Shown piece by piece: positions 27,969 to 40,626 of a stretch of 64,000 nucleotides of DNA. The notes below the pieces were generated by a model. The model was not told the DNA's origin and searched no databases. It worked only from the letters and a program-made list of their open reading frames with translations. The DNA is from Setoptus koraiensis. Taxonomy: Eukaryota > Animalia > Arthropoda. The translations under genes and the position numbers were made by a program. The stretch lies in the NCBI GenBank assembly GCA_048013815.1, contig CM106586.1, forward strand, positions 20,584,001 through 20,648,000, written 5' to 3'. How positions within the stretch are numbered: position 1 is the first letter of the stretch; every line of letters starts with the position of its first letter.

Positions 27969-28080
27969 CAGCGAGCCCGCGAATCAGCGAGCCCGCGAAT
28001 CAGCGAGCCCGCGAATCAGTGAGCCCGCGAGTGAGCCAGCGAGTCCGCGAATCAGCCAGCGAGCCCGCGAATCAGCCAGC
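27969..28080. repeat. 16-bp minisatellite (CAGCGAGCCCGCGAAT), about 6 copies
   Basis: Seen directly. Confidence 0.9.
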
Positions 28081-28969
28081 CAGCCAGTCGCAACTAAGCG
28101 CGGCTCATCCCAACCGAAGACAGGCCGCGTCTTGCTGTCGCGTCTAGTTTGGATTCGATTCGTCTCGCCACCTATACTGACGCCGGTCTCGCAGTGCGCC
28201 TAACGCCGTTCGCGACCTGCCGCTCACGCCGGCCCGCAAGCTCCGCGAGCGGCCTGGGCACAAGCGGCGCGCAACGTGCAAATTACCTAGCGGTGGCTTC
28301 GCACCGAATTGGCGCACATTACCGCATGATGATGATGGATAGATACACATGTATATGTATCCGCCGTCTGCGCGCCCGACGGACATATATCCGCGTGCAT
28401 GTATACGCGGACATATACGGACATGTACGGATGTGCGCACATGCCGGCGGGATACGCGGGCGCGGACGAAATTGGCTCGCTGGCTACAGTCGCTGCCAAG
28501 TGGCCAAGTTAGTAGAGTGAGACGGCGAGAAATTTAATTCTTTTCGTTCTGTTCGCGGCCGACTGCTGGCTCGTGGCGCCGCTCGAGTAGCTCGGGCGGC
28601 TCGGGCGGCTCGGGCGACGCAACGGCCAACAAAGAAACACCCAAAAGAACAAAGAGGAATACGCGCCCGTCACGCCCACTACCCGGGTAGCAGTGAGTGC
28701 GGCGGGCACGATTGTTGTTGTTGTTGAATTTAAAACGATGACGCCACTGAGCGGGCCCAACGAAAACTGAATGAAACGAATTAAAACCGAGAAGCTGTTG
28801 CGACCGCTCGGCTGGCAAGCAGGCGGCCGGCCCGTGCGAGCGAAGCGGCGCCAAATCTCGACCCATCGGCGGCGCCCGGCCACAGAAATAGGTCGCTGGG
28901 CGCACGAGCCGCGAACGCGCTTATTTGTTCGGCCGTTCGCTCGAACAGCAATCTATTCGGCAATCTCTT

Positions 28970-29053
28970 GCTTCTTTCGGCGCTCGCTTCTTTTCGGCGC
29001 TCGCTTCTTTTCGGCGCTCGCTTCTTTTCGGCGCTCGCTTCTTCTCGGCGCTG
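28970..29053. repeat. 17-bp minisatellite (GCTTCTTTTCGGCGCTC) x about 5
   Basis: Seen directly. Confidence 0.92.
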
Positions 29054-31614
29054 GCCCCCTTCGCGCGGCGCTGGCCCCTCGCGGCTCGTGCGCGCGCCTC
29101 TCGCCCGCGTGTGTCCCGAAACCTGGCCGCATTCCATAGCGGAACGCGGCGCTCCGAGGAGCCAGCACGACGACACAGGCACATACAGGCGATATGCACC
29201 GAGACGCACGGACGGCAGCTTCACGCCGGTGATAAGTTGCCAGCGACAGGCCGGGCCCCACTGGCGACCTGCAGCGGGCCCGGCGTCTTGTTAGCGGCGC
29301 CAGTGTCGAGTTTCTGCGTGTTGCCTTGTGCGTTTTGGGGTCCCTTTTGGGCTAGCTGAAGCACAATCGCCCAGCTGGCTGGGCGATTGTGATGCCGGGT
29401 TGGCCCGAGCGCCCCTTATAGGTATTTATTGGAACTAATTTGAATTTTGGCAAACCTGTCCTAACCTGACCCGAAGCACGGATTCGGCCTCGATTGTCGG
29501 CTCAGGGCGCACAGGTTGCACCAACAGACAACGGGCCCGCACCTAAATGGGCAACAACGACGATGGGCGGTGCGGCTACAACGTTGTGCGGTTAGCGGTT
29601 TCGGGCGGGTGCCGCAGCTTGGCGAGTTTATAACGCGCCCATTCTATAGTGATTCGCCGTGTTTTGTTGGCTTATTCAGCCACGAGTTAAGTGATATAAA
29701 AAAGAAGCAACACACACACACAAACATAAGACTGGCGGCCAACAACAACAGCGCCAGATTGATGATCTCGGGCCGGCTCATTATGAACTTGCGGGCAAGC
29801 GCTAGCTTGGGGGCAGGCGGCGAGCACGGACAGGCCGAGCGGATCGTTGCGTCTCGCAAACAATCCCGACTTGTGCGATATGTGTTGTTGCACCATTTAA
29901 TATGATAATCTTGCCTAAATCCGCTAGGGGCTAAAACTGGTTGGCGCTCGCAGCGCCGCTCCTGGAGACGACTGAACGGCGCACAGCTAGGCGACACAGC
30001 ACATAGGTCCGGCGCACAGGTACAGTGCACAGGCACAGTGCATAGGGGCGCCGCGAATGAATGGCAGCGGCAAAATGGCGCCGCTCAAATATGGCGACTC
30101 GGCTTCGGTGCTGGCTCTGGTCACGGGTCGCCGGCGACTCTGGCCACCAGACGGCGGAAGCTGGCAGTGCCAGCCAGTGGGTGCCGAGTCAACAGCGCCA
30201 ACAGCGACCCTATGCGCCAAGTGTCGCCCATTAGCGACAGTTAGCGGGACGCGCGCGCGCGCACGCCCGATTAAAAAAACCCAATTATGCATACATAATC
30301 GATCAATAACTAATCAATAATACCGCTACACAACCAGCTCGTCAGCTACTTACAAGAACAAGTTTTGTTAGATGGCAGCACCTAGCGCGCTTGGCTGGCA
30401 GCGAATGAATGAAAAAATGAATGAAAGCATTACAGCAGTAGTTTGCGCATTTGGCGCTAGATGCCGATTGTGGCCATTCGCTCGAATTATAGTTGCGCCG
30501 GCTTATCTTGTCTTGTGCGACTAGCGGGCCCCACTGAGCTCACAACTGGGCGACCGCACTGCCGACGAGACGTGGCAAAATATTAGCGCCATTAAACGCG
30601 ACTAGTTGGGCCAATTGCAGCGGGCCCCATAATCACACACACACGCACTCCGATCGCCTTAATGATCTTCATCATCCGTGTCAGACGTTAAATAATAGAC
30701 AAACAATTATCCTCCTTAGCGCTATCATCTCGCCGCACTCACTGGCGGCGGAGCTATGCGCGCCGTTGTGAGGCGCCACCAAATTAATCTGTTAGTCTAT
30801 TCAAAACTGAGGCTCATTTCCCTGACTGGGGCCCCGGGATAATCTCTTGTGTGTGTGTGTGTGTCGTCATCGTCGTCGTTAGCGTTGTCGCCCCGGTGCG
30901 AGATATGCGCGCAATGGTTCAATTGCGCTCGCTCCCACTGCCACTGCTACTGGGGCGCTGGCGGGCCCCAAGCTCGTGCTGGTCGCAAGTTGTTTTGTCG
31001 GTCGTGTGACACACGCACAAACCCGCGCGTAGTCGAGCCGACAAGCGGTACTCTACTCTGTCCGTACTATTGCGGCGCCACTTCAATGTTGCGCGCGACA
31101 AGTTACACGACCGGCAAAGTTGGCCCCAAAAATGTATTTTAAATAGACACGAGAAACAAGCACACGCTTGCTTGCTGGCAGCCAACGACCATTTGTTTCA
31201 GCGTCGCCGAGATTGGCGCCCTCACGCCAAACTGGCCCGTTCCGCTCTTGCCGCGATCCGGCCGACTCATACACGTCGGGCGACCCGTCGTCCGTCGGGT
31301 GTGAGTCGGATATGAGTCGGCTGGACGGGGGTGGGGCACTGGCCGAGTCGGTAAAACAGCGGGCTGATTGAGACGGGCGTGACCCTGACGCGATCACCGG
31401 CCGATTCGCGACACAACCGTCGAGCCGACCAGAATGACCGACCGCACCGATCGTCGCGATCCCACCTCGCCCGTCACGACAATCTCGGGCCTATTTAGCC
31501 GCTGCTCGATCCGGAACGGGTCTTCCTAAATAGCCGCGTCCCCGGTCGCTCGATTCGGGTAGAAGGAGGTAGTGGGATGCGCCCGCGGGGAGACTACCTC
31601 CCCTGCCTGCTGTG

Positions 31615-31700
31615 CCGATCACTGGTCGATCGGTACAGCAGGCCGATCGGTACAGCGGGCGGATCGGTGCAGCAGGCCGATCGGTACAGCGGGCGGATCG
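31615..31700. repeat. Diverged ~17-bp tandem repeat (CCGATCGGTACAGCAGG / GATCGGTACAGCGGGCG)
   Basis: Repeated gatcggtacagc cores. Confidence 0.8.
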
Positions 31701-33399
31701 GCGGGCCGATTCAAAAGTGGCGCCCGCGTGAATGGCTCACGGGGGCGCTAATGGAGCGCCCCGTGAGCCTGGGTCGTGCGCGACGAATGGCGGCGTTGAG
31801 ACGGCTCCATTAATGCTAATGTTATTTGCCGGATGGCCAGAAACACATTAGAAGGGGCCCTTGCACTTTACTTAAAATAAAATATCCGCCGCCGCCGCCG
31901 CCGCCCGGCGCTGTAGCGATGTGTTCGATAATCACTAATAGTGCACTCACTAATAGAAAAATTGCGACTGCAATTTTTGGGCCCCATTTGCTGTTGGCAA
32001 AAATTTGTTGCCGCTGGTAATTGAGCGAACGGCAACTACATACGGGCGGCTCGCCGGTCGTTTTCTCGGACGACTAGACTTGCCAGATTTGCTATGGCTC
32101 GTGCGCTTGTCTTGGTCGCTGTCTCGGAGGTCGTGCCAGATCGTTAAATCTAGCGATTGCCGGCGTAGCGGCGGCGCTGCAAGTGGGCCCATTTGAACAA
32201 ATTATCTGGCGCCACATTTCGATGAACCCGTTTTAATGGTCATTAAATGGTACATGCAGCGCTAGCCGCCGCCGCCGCCGCCGATAGCTTGCACGGCCGC
32301 CGATCGGCAGGTCGATCGCGATTCACACGCCCGTGCCGCCGACTGGCTGCCCAGTCGGCCCAGTCGGCCCAGTCGGTCCAGTCGGGCCGGCCGGCCGGCT
32401 GTCAACAAACGAACGAACGAAATGAACGAATGCCCGAGAGCAGGTATTTTAAACACGGTTGTTCGGGCGCGGGCCGGCGCTCATTAGACGACGGGGGCCG
32501 CTGCCATCCGTAATGAGCCAATCTGAGTCACTACTCGCCGGCGCGCCCGTGATCCGACACAAAGACGGTCCCGACTCACTCATTCAACTCATTTGACTCG
32601 CCGGAGCCGGCCCGCCGACCGTTCAACTGATTCGACTCACTCGACTGATTTAACGAGCCCGCCAGAGACCTGACATTTCGCGTGTGAGTGCTCTATTTCG
32701 GGCGCCAAACTCGCGCCAAAACTCGAACAACAACAACGACAACAACATGTTAGCTCACAACTGGCGGCCAGCGACAGAAATTGATGCGGCACCGCCAGTC
32801 GATGAAACGGGGCCCCGCTCGCCGATTGGCACATATGACACATAACTAGCAGTTGTTACTTGCCAGTTGCCACTGGCGAGTGCCGCCATTGGGGCCCGCG
32901 TCGAGCGGGCTTGTTAGCGCGATCAGCTGATCGGCGGTGATCTATGGCTGTTGGGGAGCGCATCATTATTATTGGTGCTGGCTGCCCAACTGTTTGATGG
33001 CCGTGCCAGCCGACAAGACGGCGCGCGACCTCGCAGCGACCTGTGCGCCGTCGTTGTTGTTGTTGTTGCTCGCCAATTGAATGTAAATTCATAGCGGCTC
33101 GTTGTGTGCCAATTACCAGAATGTGCGCCAACAAAATTGCTACACAATTGGTGCGCGTGAATGCGTCTAGGCGAGCATACTGTGCCTGGCAAGGCAACTG
33201 AGTGGCGCACAGCGCCACTATAAGCACGCTAAGCTATAGGCACAGCGTATTATGAGTGCGCCGGAGAATAGCTAATTTTTGGCAATGGCCAGAGATATCT
33301 GTTTGCATCAATCAATCAATGACGACGACGACGACGACGACGGCCAATGGACCAAGGGCGACCAATCATGATTCGTTGGTCGTCGTCAATTGGGGCCCC

Positions 33400-33460
33400 G
33401 ATCAGAGGATATCGCAATGGCTGATCTGAGGATATTGCCATGGCTGATCAGAGGATATTG
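33400..33460. repeat. 23-bp tandem repeat (GATCAGAGGATATCGCAATGGCT) x about 2.6
   Basis: Seen directly. Confidence 0.85.
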
Positions 33461-34035
33461 AGGCACCGGGCCCGATCAAGCCACGAGCATGATGGGCACG
33501 CTCATTTGGGGCCGAACAACGAGCGCGGCACTACAATGGCACACACGACACACAATGGGGCCCAATGGTCGCCGGGCACAAGCCGGGCCGGCTTTGTGCG
33601 GTCAGCGGGACCCAGTCGAGCTTGCCATTGGCCGGCGGTCGGCCGGCCGGCCATCGGCAAGCTCGCCCGCGCTACCCGTTGCCGAGTCCAGAGAGTGCTG
33701 TGCCTCTAGCCGCTGGTCGACCGCCGCTCCGGCCCGTAACGAACGAGCTAACAAGTGCAGCATACGACAACATGCAATAACAAGCGCAACATATGATAAC
33801 AAGTGCGCCGACAGGCGCGCTCACTTCCGCTGGCGTCGCTGCGCGTGCCCGAGCGGCGCGCCCATGAATGGCACGGGATGTTGATTATGATGATTGCGTC
33901 AACTATGATACAATGAGCATGAATCAAGTGATTTGTGGCCGGTCGCAGTTGCCAGTTTGTAGCTGATTGGCGGATTCATCATTAGTGCTCAAATTGGCCA
34001 TTCTTTGCAGCCATTGCTCGCGTTCATTCCCCGAT

Positions 34036-34112
34036 CCGTTCGCTCGGCGCGTTCTCTCGAGCCGTTCGCTCGGCGCGTTCTCTCGAGCCGTTCGCTCGGC
34101 GCGTTCTCTCGA
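34036..34112. repeat. 26-bp tandem repeat (CCGTTCGCTCGGCGCGTTCTCTCGAG) x3
   Basis: Near-perfect copies; a related GCGTTCTCTCG core also occurs twice near 11845-11870. Confidence 0.92.
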
Positions 34113-36450
34113 TTTGTTCGCCCTGTGCCGCCGAAATGCATCCTTTGCAGCCTAGCCAGATCCAGAGCCAGCGAATCAGGAGCGTCACGTCGTCTCGCGG
34201 GCGTCTGGCGGCGCCGCGAGTGCAACGGAATGAATATTCACTGCGCTTGCATTTATTTTGTTGTTTGCGCTCACGATTTTTGTAGTTCAAACAGTGCCAG
34301 TTTATTTGGCAGCAAACTGCTATTTGATTCCTCCAATCTCCAATGATTTGTTTGGTTGTTGCGACGGGCGCTCTCCTCATTTAGCTAATTCCAATGAGAC
34401 GACAGGTACACACAGCGGCGGCAAGACTTGAGCGGGCGGGGGGGCACTGACAGGGCCACGGCAGAGACGCAAGAGAGATAATCAATCGAGTGGCAGCGCA
34501 TTCTTTTCACTGGCGCTTTTCAGTGGGGCGCGGGCCGGGCCCCTGTCGATGGGTCGCTGTCAAACAATCAGATCAAATAAGTGCAACGATAGCAAATGAG
34601 CAGCAGCGCCAACAATGGCAACGCAAAGTTGTTGCTGTTGTTGTTGCTGTTGTTGGCGCTGCTGTTGTTGCTGTTGTTGTTGCTGTTGTTGTTGCTGTTG
34701 TTGGCGTTGCTGGCGCTGTTGCCGGAGCAAACAAAGCCACTATTGTGTTTATCAGACTGGGCGCCCCAACCGGCCCGCTGTCATGTAAACTAGCGACAGG
34801 AGACAAGTGCCCAACTGCGCACTGTGCCCAAGCGGCGCTGCAAATCAAACAACGAGCTCGCTGATTGGCCCAGTTGTCAGTGTTTTGTTTGTCGTGTTTA
34901 TCTCCATGCTAGTTGCGTCATTTGTGCAACAATGCATATAAACATCATTGATAGACACATCAATGCAGATCAATATGGCATCATCAGGCCCGACTATATA
35001 TACGCATGGGTTTGTATATATCTGCTGCAACTATTAACTATTAGCTGCGCAGCGGTGTGCACTCACTCTGGCGCGTGTGCGATGATTTGATGCGGCTTGG
35101 GCGCCCAATCAAATCATGGGGCCCCGGCCCCCGCACACAGGTGACCCGCCAGTACTGAGGTATTGAATGCGTTTGGCCAGCGGCGGGCAACAACAGCGAC
35201 CAACGGGCACGCTGACACACAATGTAATGATCGGGTAATCGGACTTCCGGTTGCAAAATACTCGCCAGCAGGTAATACTTTGCAGCGCAGTGCGGGCTGT
35301 TATTATTGCATTATTGTGTCATTACTGTTGTCCCGAGTGCCGGCCTGCTTGCGAGCGGGCCGGCCTTGTGAGCGGGTGGGCCGGCCCCGATAAATGCCGT
35401 TCGAGCGCTTGATTAGATGGTTAGATTGGCCAGATGATTGCCGATGATGGGCACAGATAGATTTTGGCAAAATAAATAGCCGGCATATAGCATCACAATG
35501 TCACGACACGCCACTGATATCATGATGGCCGGCGATGGCATAATTTGGCCGTCGCCGGCCAGCAAGAGGCGTGCTCGTGGCGATTGTGGCGACTGGCACG
35601 GGCAACTGCGACTGATTAAATCATGAATTGCCGCGAATCGCCGCCAATCGCATGATCCGTTGACCGGTGCTATGGCGCATACATTAGCGGCATATTGGCG
35701 CAGCGTATCACCGAGTATATTATTAGTATAATGCGGCCAAAAATATATGGCGCGCCGGCTCAATCGCTTCTAGCTCAAGTGACCGGCCGGGCAACACGGG
35801 TAATACACAGGTAACCGCCAGGTAAGAGCACCTGTGTATTAGCTGAGCGGCAACTCGTGCACGACGCGTGCACGGTGGCGCAAACCCGTGCAAACCCGTG
35901 CAAAGCGGGCCGCCGGCAGCGTGCCACGCAGCAGGAAATGTATGTCAATTACAATGTGTGTCACACAAACAATCACGTCATACATAGATCAATCGCAACA
36001 AACAAATTTTGCAAAACCACTGACCAGCCGGCTCCAATCCGGCGCGAGCTACTTTTCTATTTTGGGCCCCAACTTGGGTGCGCAATAAATAACAACTGGC
36101 CGCGCAAGTAATAATATATACGTAGCGCGTATAGATGATCGATGCACGATCGCGTTTGACAATGGCTAATTTTTATACACAACTCGCTGCTCCACACAAC
36201 GGCTGGCGCTCGCACAAGCGCCTAGGGTATCATCGCGACTCGCGACCTGTCATTGGCGGGCCAGATATAGCCGTATCGCCGGGCCGGCCGGCCCGGCCCG
36301 GCCGACTAGCGCGGTCGGCTCGCTATAGTCGCCGCGGTCGCTATAGTGGCCACAGTCGCTCGGCCGCCGCAGTCGCTATAGTGGCCACAGTCGCTGTGAC
36401 GCAGAGACGTGTTTGTGCCATTTTGTGCTCGTGCTCGCGCTCGTGATGCT

Positions 36451-36772
36451 ATTACGCAATGCTTGGCAAAATTGTAAGCGTATTGCGTAACAAAACATTG
36501 CAACAAAACATTTACATTGTATAACTTGGCCATACGCAACATTGCGCAACATTGCGTAACATTGCGTAACATTGCGTAATATTGCGTAACATTTCAAAAA
36601 CATTGCGCGCGATCTTGGTGTCTCTTGGTTGGACTCTGCTAGACGCTGGTTAGACGCTGGTTAGACGCTGGCGCCTATTCGGGCCTAGTTACGCAACCTA
36701 GTTGCAATTGGCGCGCAACTTAAATAGCATATGCACGAGCTGCCAAGCTTGTTTCCGTTGGCGTTGCGTAAC
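36451..36772. promoter_or_regulatory. Homotypic cluster of C/EBP-type bZIP sites, including a 10-bp tandem array (ATTGCGTAAC)n at 36541-36590
   Basis: Nine RTT(GCGC/GCGT/ACGC)AAY matches at 36451, 36482, 36541, 36551, 36561, 36571, 36581, 36688, 36763. The motifs are seen; function is inferred. Confidence 0.4.
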
Positions 36773-37115
36773 ATTTGTGTTGTCTTGCTTAAATATGCAT
36801 GCAGTGGAGTGGCACGTTTCATTTCGGGCACACACATAACCAGACACGGGTATGACAGGTACACACATAACCCGACCCGAGTATGACAGGTACACACAGG
36901 TATCTGCAGTGGTATGGGCACGGGTATCTGCATAGCGCGGGTAGCAGCGGCAAGCACAGCGTTGCCAGTACAAACATGGCGTGGGTGGTATAAATTGCTC
37001 GCTCGATGGATACAGTTTGAGAGTTGAATCAAATAGATTGATACTTACCTTGAACTGTGTGTGTGTGTGTGTCTATTCGTGATTATGTAACGGCGCTGTT
37101 TTCGTTGTTAGCTAC

Positions 37116-37417
37116 CTGAGCCTTCGTTTTCTTTTTTGTTTAGCTAATTTTTGGCTTGCCTGACCGTTGGCGACCAACGACGACAGTGGCTGCTGTCGTT
37201 GTTGCTGTTGTTCTTGTTGTTGTTGTTGTTGTTGTTGTTGGTGTTTTCTTCTTCTCCGCTTGTGTCTAGCTTGCGGTTGTTGGATATCTTGGCTGTTGTT
37301 TTCTTTCTTGGCTTCCTCTCCTGCCTGCTCACTGTGGCCAGTGCTGCTGGTGATGCTGGTGCTCGTATGCTGCTTGCTTGGCTTCCTCCTAGTGATTTCA
37401 CTTTGGATCTCGCTCAT
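37116..37417 (-). CDS. Candidate coding exon: low-complexity K/R/Q-rich peptide MSEIQSEITRRKPSKQ...QKLAKQKRKRRL
   Basis: ATG-initiated open frame with protein-like composition, poly-Q and basic NLS-like clusters. It ends at a CAG|GTAGCT donor, and a second perfect AAG|GTAAGT donor lies at 37049/37048. No homology recognised. Confidence 0.3.
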
Positions 37418-38402
37418 GATCGGCGCATCTTGGTGTCTTCATCTCCAGCGAAGAAAAACACTGCACTCGATGAATGTAATAGGTTTGTTGTCGCAATTAG
37501 CCATCATATGCATTGAGATGCAGAGATAAATTCAAATTTTGCGCCATGGTGGATTGGTCACGCAAGGCAATGATTGACAGGCATCAACGTCGCGGATAAA
37601 GGCCATTTTTCAGATCAGACGGCAAACGTTGGATGGCGAATAAGAGGCCACAAAAGAATAGAGAAAGATGCGTTAGTAATAGGCCAACAATGCAGCGCTC
37701 ATGCGCGCCCACAAGTATCTTGGGTATTATCGGTAATGAGGCCGGCAGAGTGCGCCTCGAGGGCCCCACTCCAGTGTCCGGCAACGAGCAATTATATTAT
37801 AATAAGAGCATCAAGGCTCGGTGCAATTCGGGGGCCCCCGACGACGCACACAAATCCATAAATCACTCACATCCATACATGTGTGTCTATATAGAGCCAG
37901 CGCGCACTGATACCGCTGTTGCGATTGATATGCACACAATTGGAACAGTTGCACACTGGCGCACAAAGGCGCCACAAGCGGCTCAGGTGACAAGACACCG
38001 GCCAACAATTGATATGAGCGGCGATGATTTTGGGGGGCCAGCTCGGCCAAACGCTCGGACCGAGCTGCCGCGCAAGAGCCGGTGGCGCCATTTCAACGCG
38101 GGCTCTATTCGGGCATTGGCGCTGATTTGGTTTGGGCGCGAAGGGCGATATATTGCTTTGGCCCCAGTGGCAATCAGAATATATATGAGCTCATCAGGAC
38201 ATGCAAGCTTCGCCCGGCCGCCGCAACCGGTCTGGCCGCCAAACTGACCACTGTCGCCACGGTCCACTTGAATGATGGACAATGCGTGTTTGCCAGGCCC
38301 TGGTCGCCGCTGGCCGGCTTTTGGCCATTGGCGGCGAGACTGTTATTTGCTATTAATATATATATATATATGTGTGTCGGCACGGGTATTGCGGGCCGGG
38401 CG

Positions 38403-38538
38403 CGGCCAGGCACCGCAGCGGCCAGGTATTGCAGCGGCCAGGTATTGCAGCGGCCAGGTATTGCAGCGGCCAGGTATTGCAGCGGCCAGGTATTGCAGCG
38501 GCCAGGCACTGCAGCGGCCGGGTATTGCAGCGGCCGGG
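38403..38538. repeat. 16-bp minisatellite (GCAGCGGCCAGGTATT), about 8.5 copies
   Basis: Five central copies are identical. Confidence 0.95.
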
Positions 38539-40282
38539 CTGACGCCCCGGGTGACGCCGGCAGCCAATTGGCAGAACGGCGGGCCAAAAGTTGCGCCAAA
38601 GACAGCGACAACTGGCCATTGTTGGCCAGCGCGTGTGATAATGATTTGTCCCCGAGCTGTCTACGTGTGTGTCCGGCACGAAGCAAATAAGATGGGGCCC
38701 CCAAATTAGTTGTGTGCACTGTCGTCGTCACGCTACAGCGACCTCTCTCGCGCGTTAAACGGCCCAAGACTCTTGGGCCAAGACAAGTCGCTATAGACAG
38801 CTCAGGTGTATAGTGGGCCAGTCGCACAGTTGGGGCCCCCCGCTCGAAATTGCTCAAGTTCAATCGCTGCCACTCATCAAATGGCCGAGTCAGTCGGCCC
38901 AAATTGAAATTGTCAGCCATTGTTGACAGTGCGATTGGACGAGCAATATCGCACGACACTGGCGCACACTGATGAAGCGAAAACAGTGGACATCAAGCGC
39001 AATTATGACAGCCTAATCACGAATTATTAGTGATTCGTAATTAGCAAAACAATAATTACTTTTATCATTGTTCGCCCGTCAGTTGGCTCTGTCGCCGTTA
39101 GGCGCCTCATATGAAGCTCGCTTATGCCTCAGCTGATCGGGAAGGTAGGCAGGTCTCGGTCCCCGTTTCGAAACGGGCAGCGGCAGCTGGGGACCTCCCC
39201 ACCTCCCCGACACAAAACGGGGAGATGGGAGGGAGAGACATACCTGCCGAAATCGAGCCATCTCCATGCAGCGCCCAAACACGGGACAGTTGGTGGCGTA
39301 ATTCACTTCATTTGAAAATTATTTTGCAGAGCAATTTTCATTAGTCATCGGTCAAATTGTGCACGAAAAATGACAAACATTTTGCTGCGGCCGCGACAGT
39401 GGCCCGAATAGTAACTGTTTCGGCCACTGTAGCCGCTCGCGACGACAGGTAACGAATTGGCCCGGCGCCCACCTCAGACTCGATCGGCAGGCAATAATTC
39501 TTTTCGTGCGTGCCTTATTGGTTTTAGTCGATTATAGTCAACAATTTTCTGGCAAAGTCGGCCAAGTTGCGCCCCAAAAAGGCGCATTTTGCACTGCCCG
39601 AAACTGGATGCGATGTGGCGGGCCGGATTAAGAGCGGTGATTATTGTTCAAAGATTGTAGATGGGACCCATCATTTACACGCCCTGCCCACTTACACAAT
39701 GGCCAGTGGGACATTTGCCTGTGCGCAGCGCCCCCAGTGTCCAGGTGAGGCGCTCGTGCGTTATCGGTGGGGCCGATTGTAAACGCAAAAATTGTTTCAC
39801 GGTCAACAAACTGGCCGGCGCTGTGTTGTGTCGAGTCGATAAATTCAATTATCTTCCGCCAGCCCACAAAATGCTGTGCACAGCGGAAAGGGGTGCCAGC
39901 AGTAAAGTGTAGTTTTAAATTAGGGCCCGACTCACGGCTTAATGGTGGCGCGGTCGTCATGAGAGCGGCGGCGGGCCGCCTTTTTCGGGCCCGCAGCGCC
40001 TGCAAGGCGACAATATCCGAGCCCGATATGTGGCGATTACGCATTTCGTGTCATGTTTTTCGTTTCGCGGCATCAGCTGGCTGGCAGGCATCCGTTGGCT
40101 TGCGGCCGGCAGATATGATCAGTCGACGAAGATATGATTGATGTATTAACTGTTACACGGAGACGCCTCGCGCTGGCCCCACTGGCGACATTGGCCCGTT
40201 CGCCGGCGAGCCAGCGCTGCAAGTGGCGAAACTCTTGGCTGGTTCTAGTGCGCGCGATTCACACACAGTTGGAACCCGTGCG

Positions 40283-40385
40283 AGAGTGAGAATTCGAGTG
40301 AGAATTCGAGTGAGAATTTGAGTTCGAATTTGAGTGCGAATTCGAGTGAGAGTTCGAATTCGAGTGCGAATTCGTGCGCGAATGC
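40283..40385. repeat. 12-bp minisatellite (GAATTCGAGTGA variants)
   Basis: Seen directly; reads as RIRT-like or SHSN-like repeats in the ORF track. Confidence 0.88.
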
Positions 40386-40420
40386 GTGTGTCCATTGTTC
40401 TGATTATTGAATGCGCCCAG

Positions 40421-40626
40421 CACGAACGGCGGCCCCAGTTTTCCAGACAAGACTCGCCGCAGACTAGACTTTCGATTATTGGCTGCCAATCTCGAACAAT
40501 TGGCCCGCAATTGGATGCCGACTGGGCCAGCCTCGAGCGGCGGCGGTGGCGGGCCTGGCAATCAGACAACGATTTTCATTACGCAACATCCATCGTTAAC
40601 AATGGAAAATATGTTGCCGCTTATGC
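40421..40626 (+). CDS. Candidate internal exon of an unknown protein
   Basis: Preceded by CTGAT...CCCAG and followed by GTGAGT; two of three frames are open across it; non-repetitive sequence; no family recognised. Confidence 0.18.

Noticed and set aside
31565-31601. GAGGTAGT resembling the let-7 seed
   Set aside because: The rest of the sequence does not match let-7, and the 37-nt hairpin is too short for a precursor.
38915-38992. CTGATGA...GAAA suggesting a hammerhead ribozyme
   Set aside because: Only 3 nt lie between the cores (no stem II), the would-be cleavage nucleotide is G, and stem I does not pair in register.
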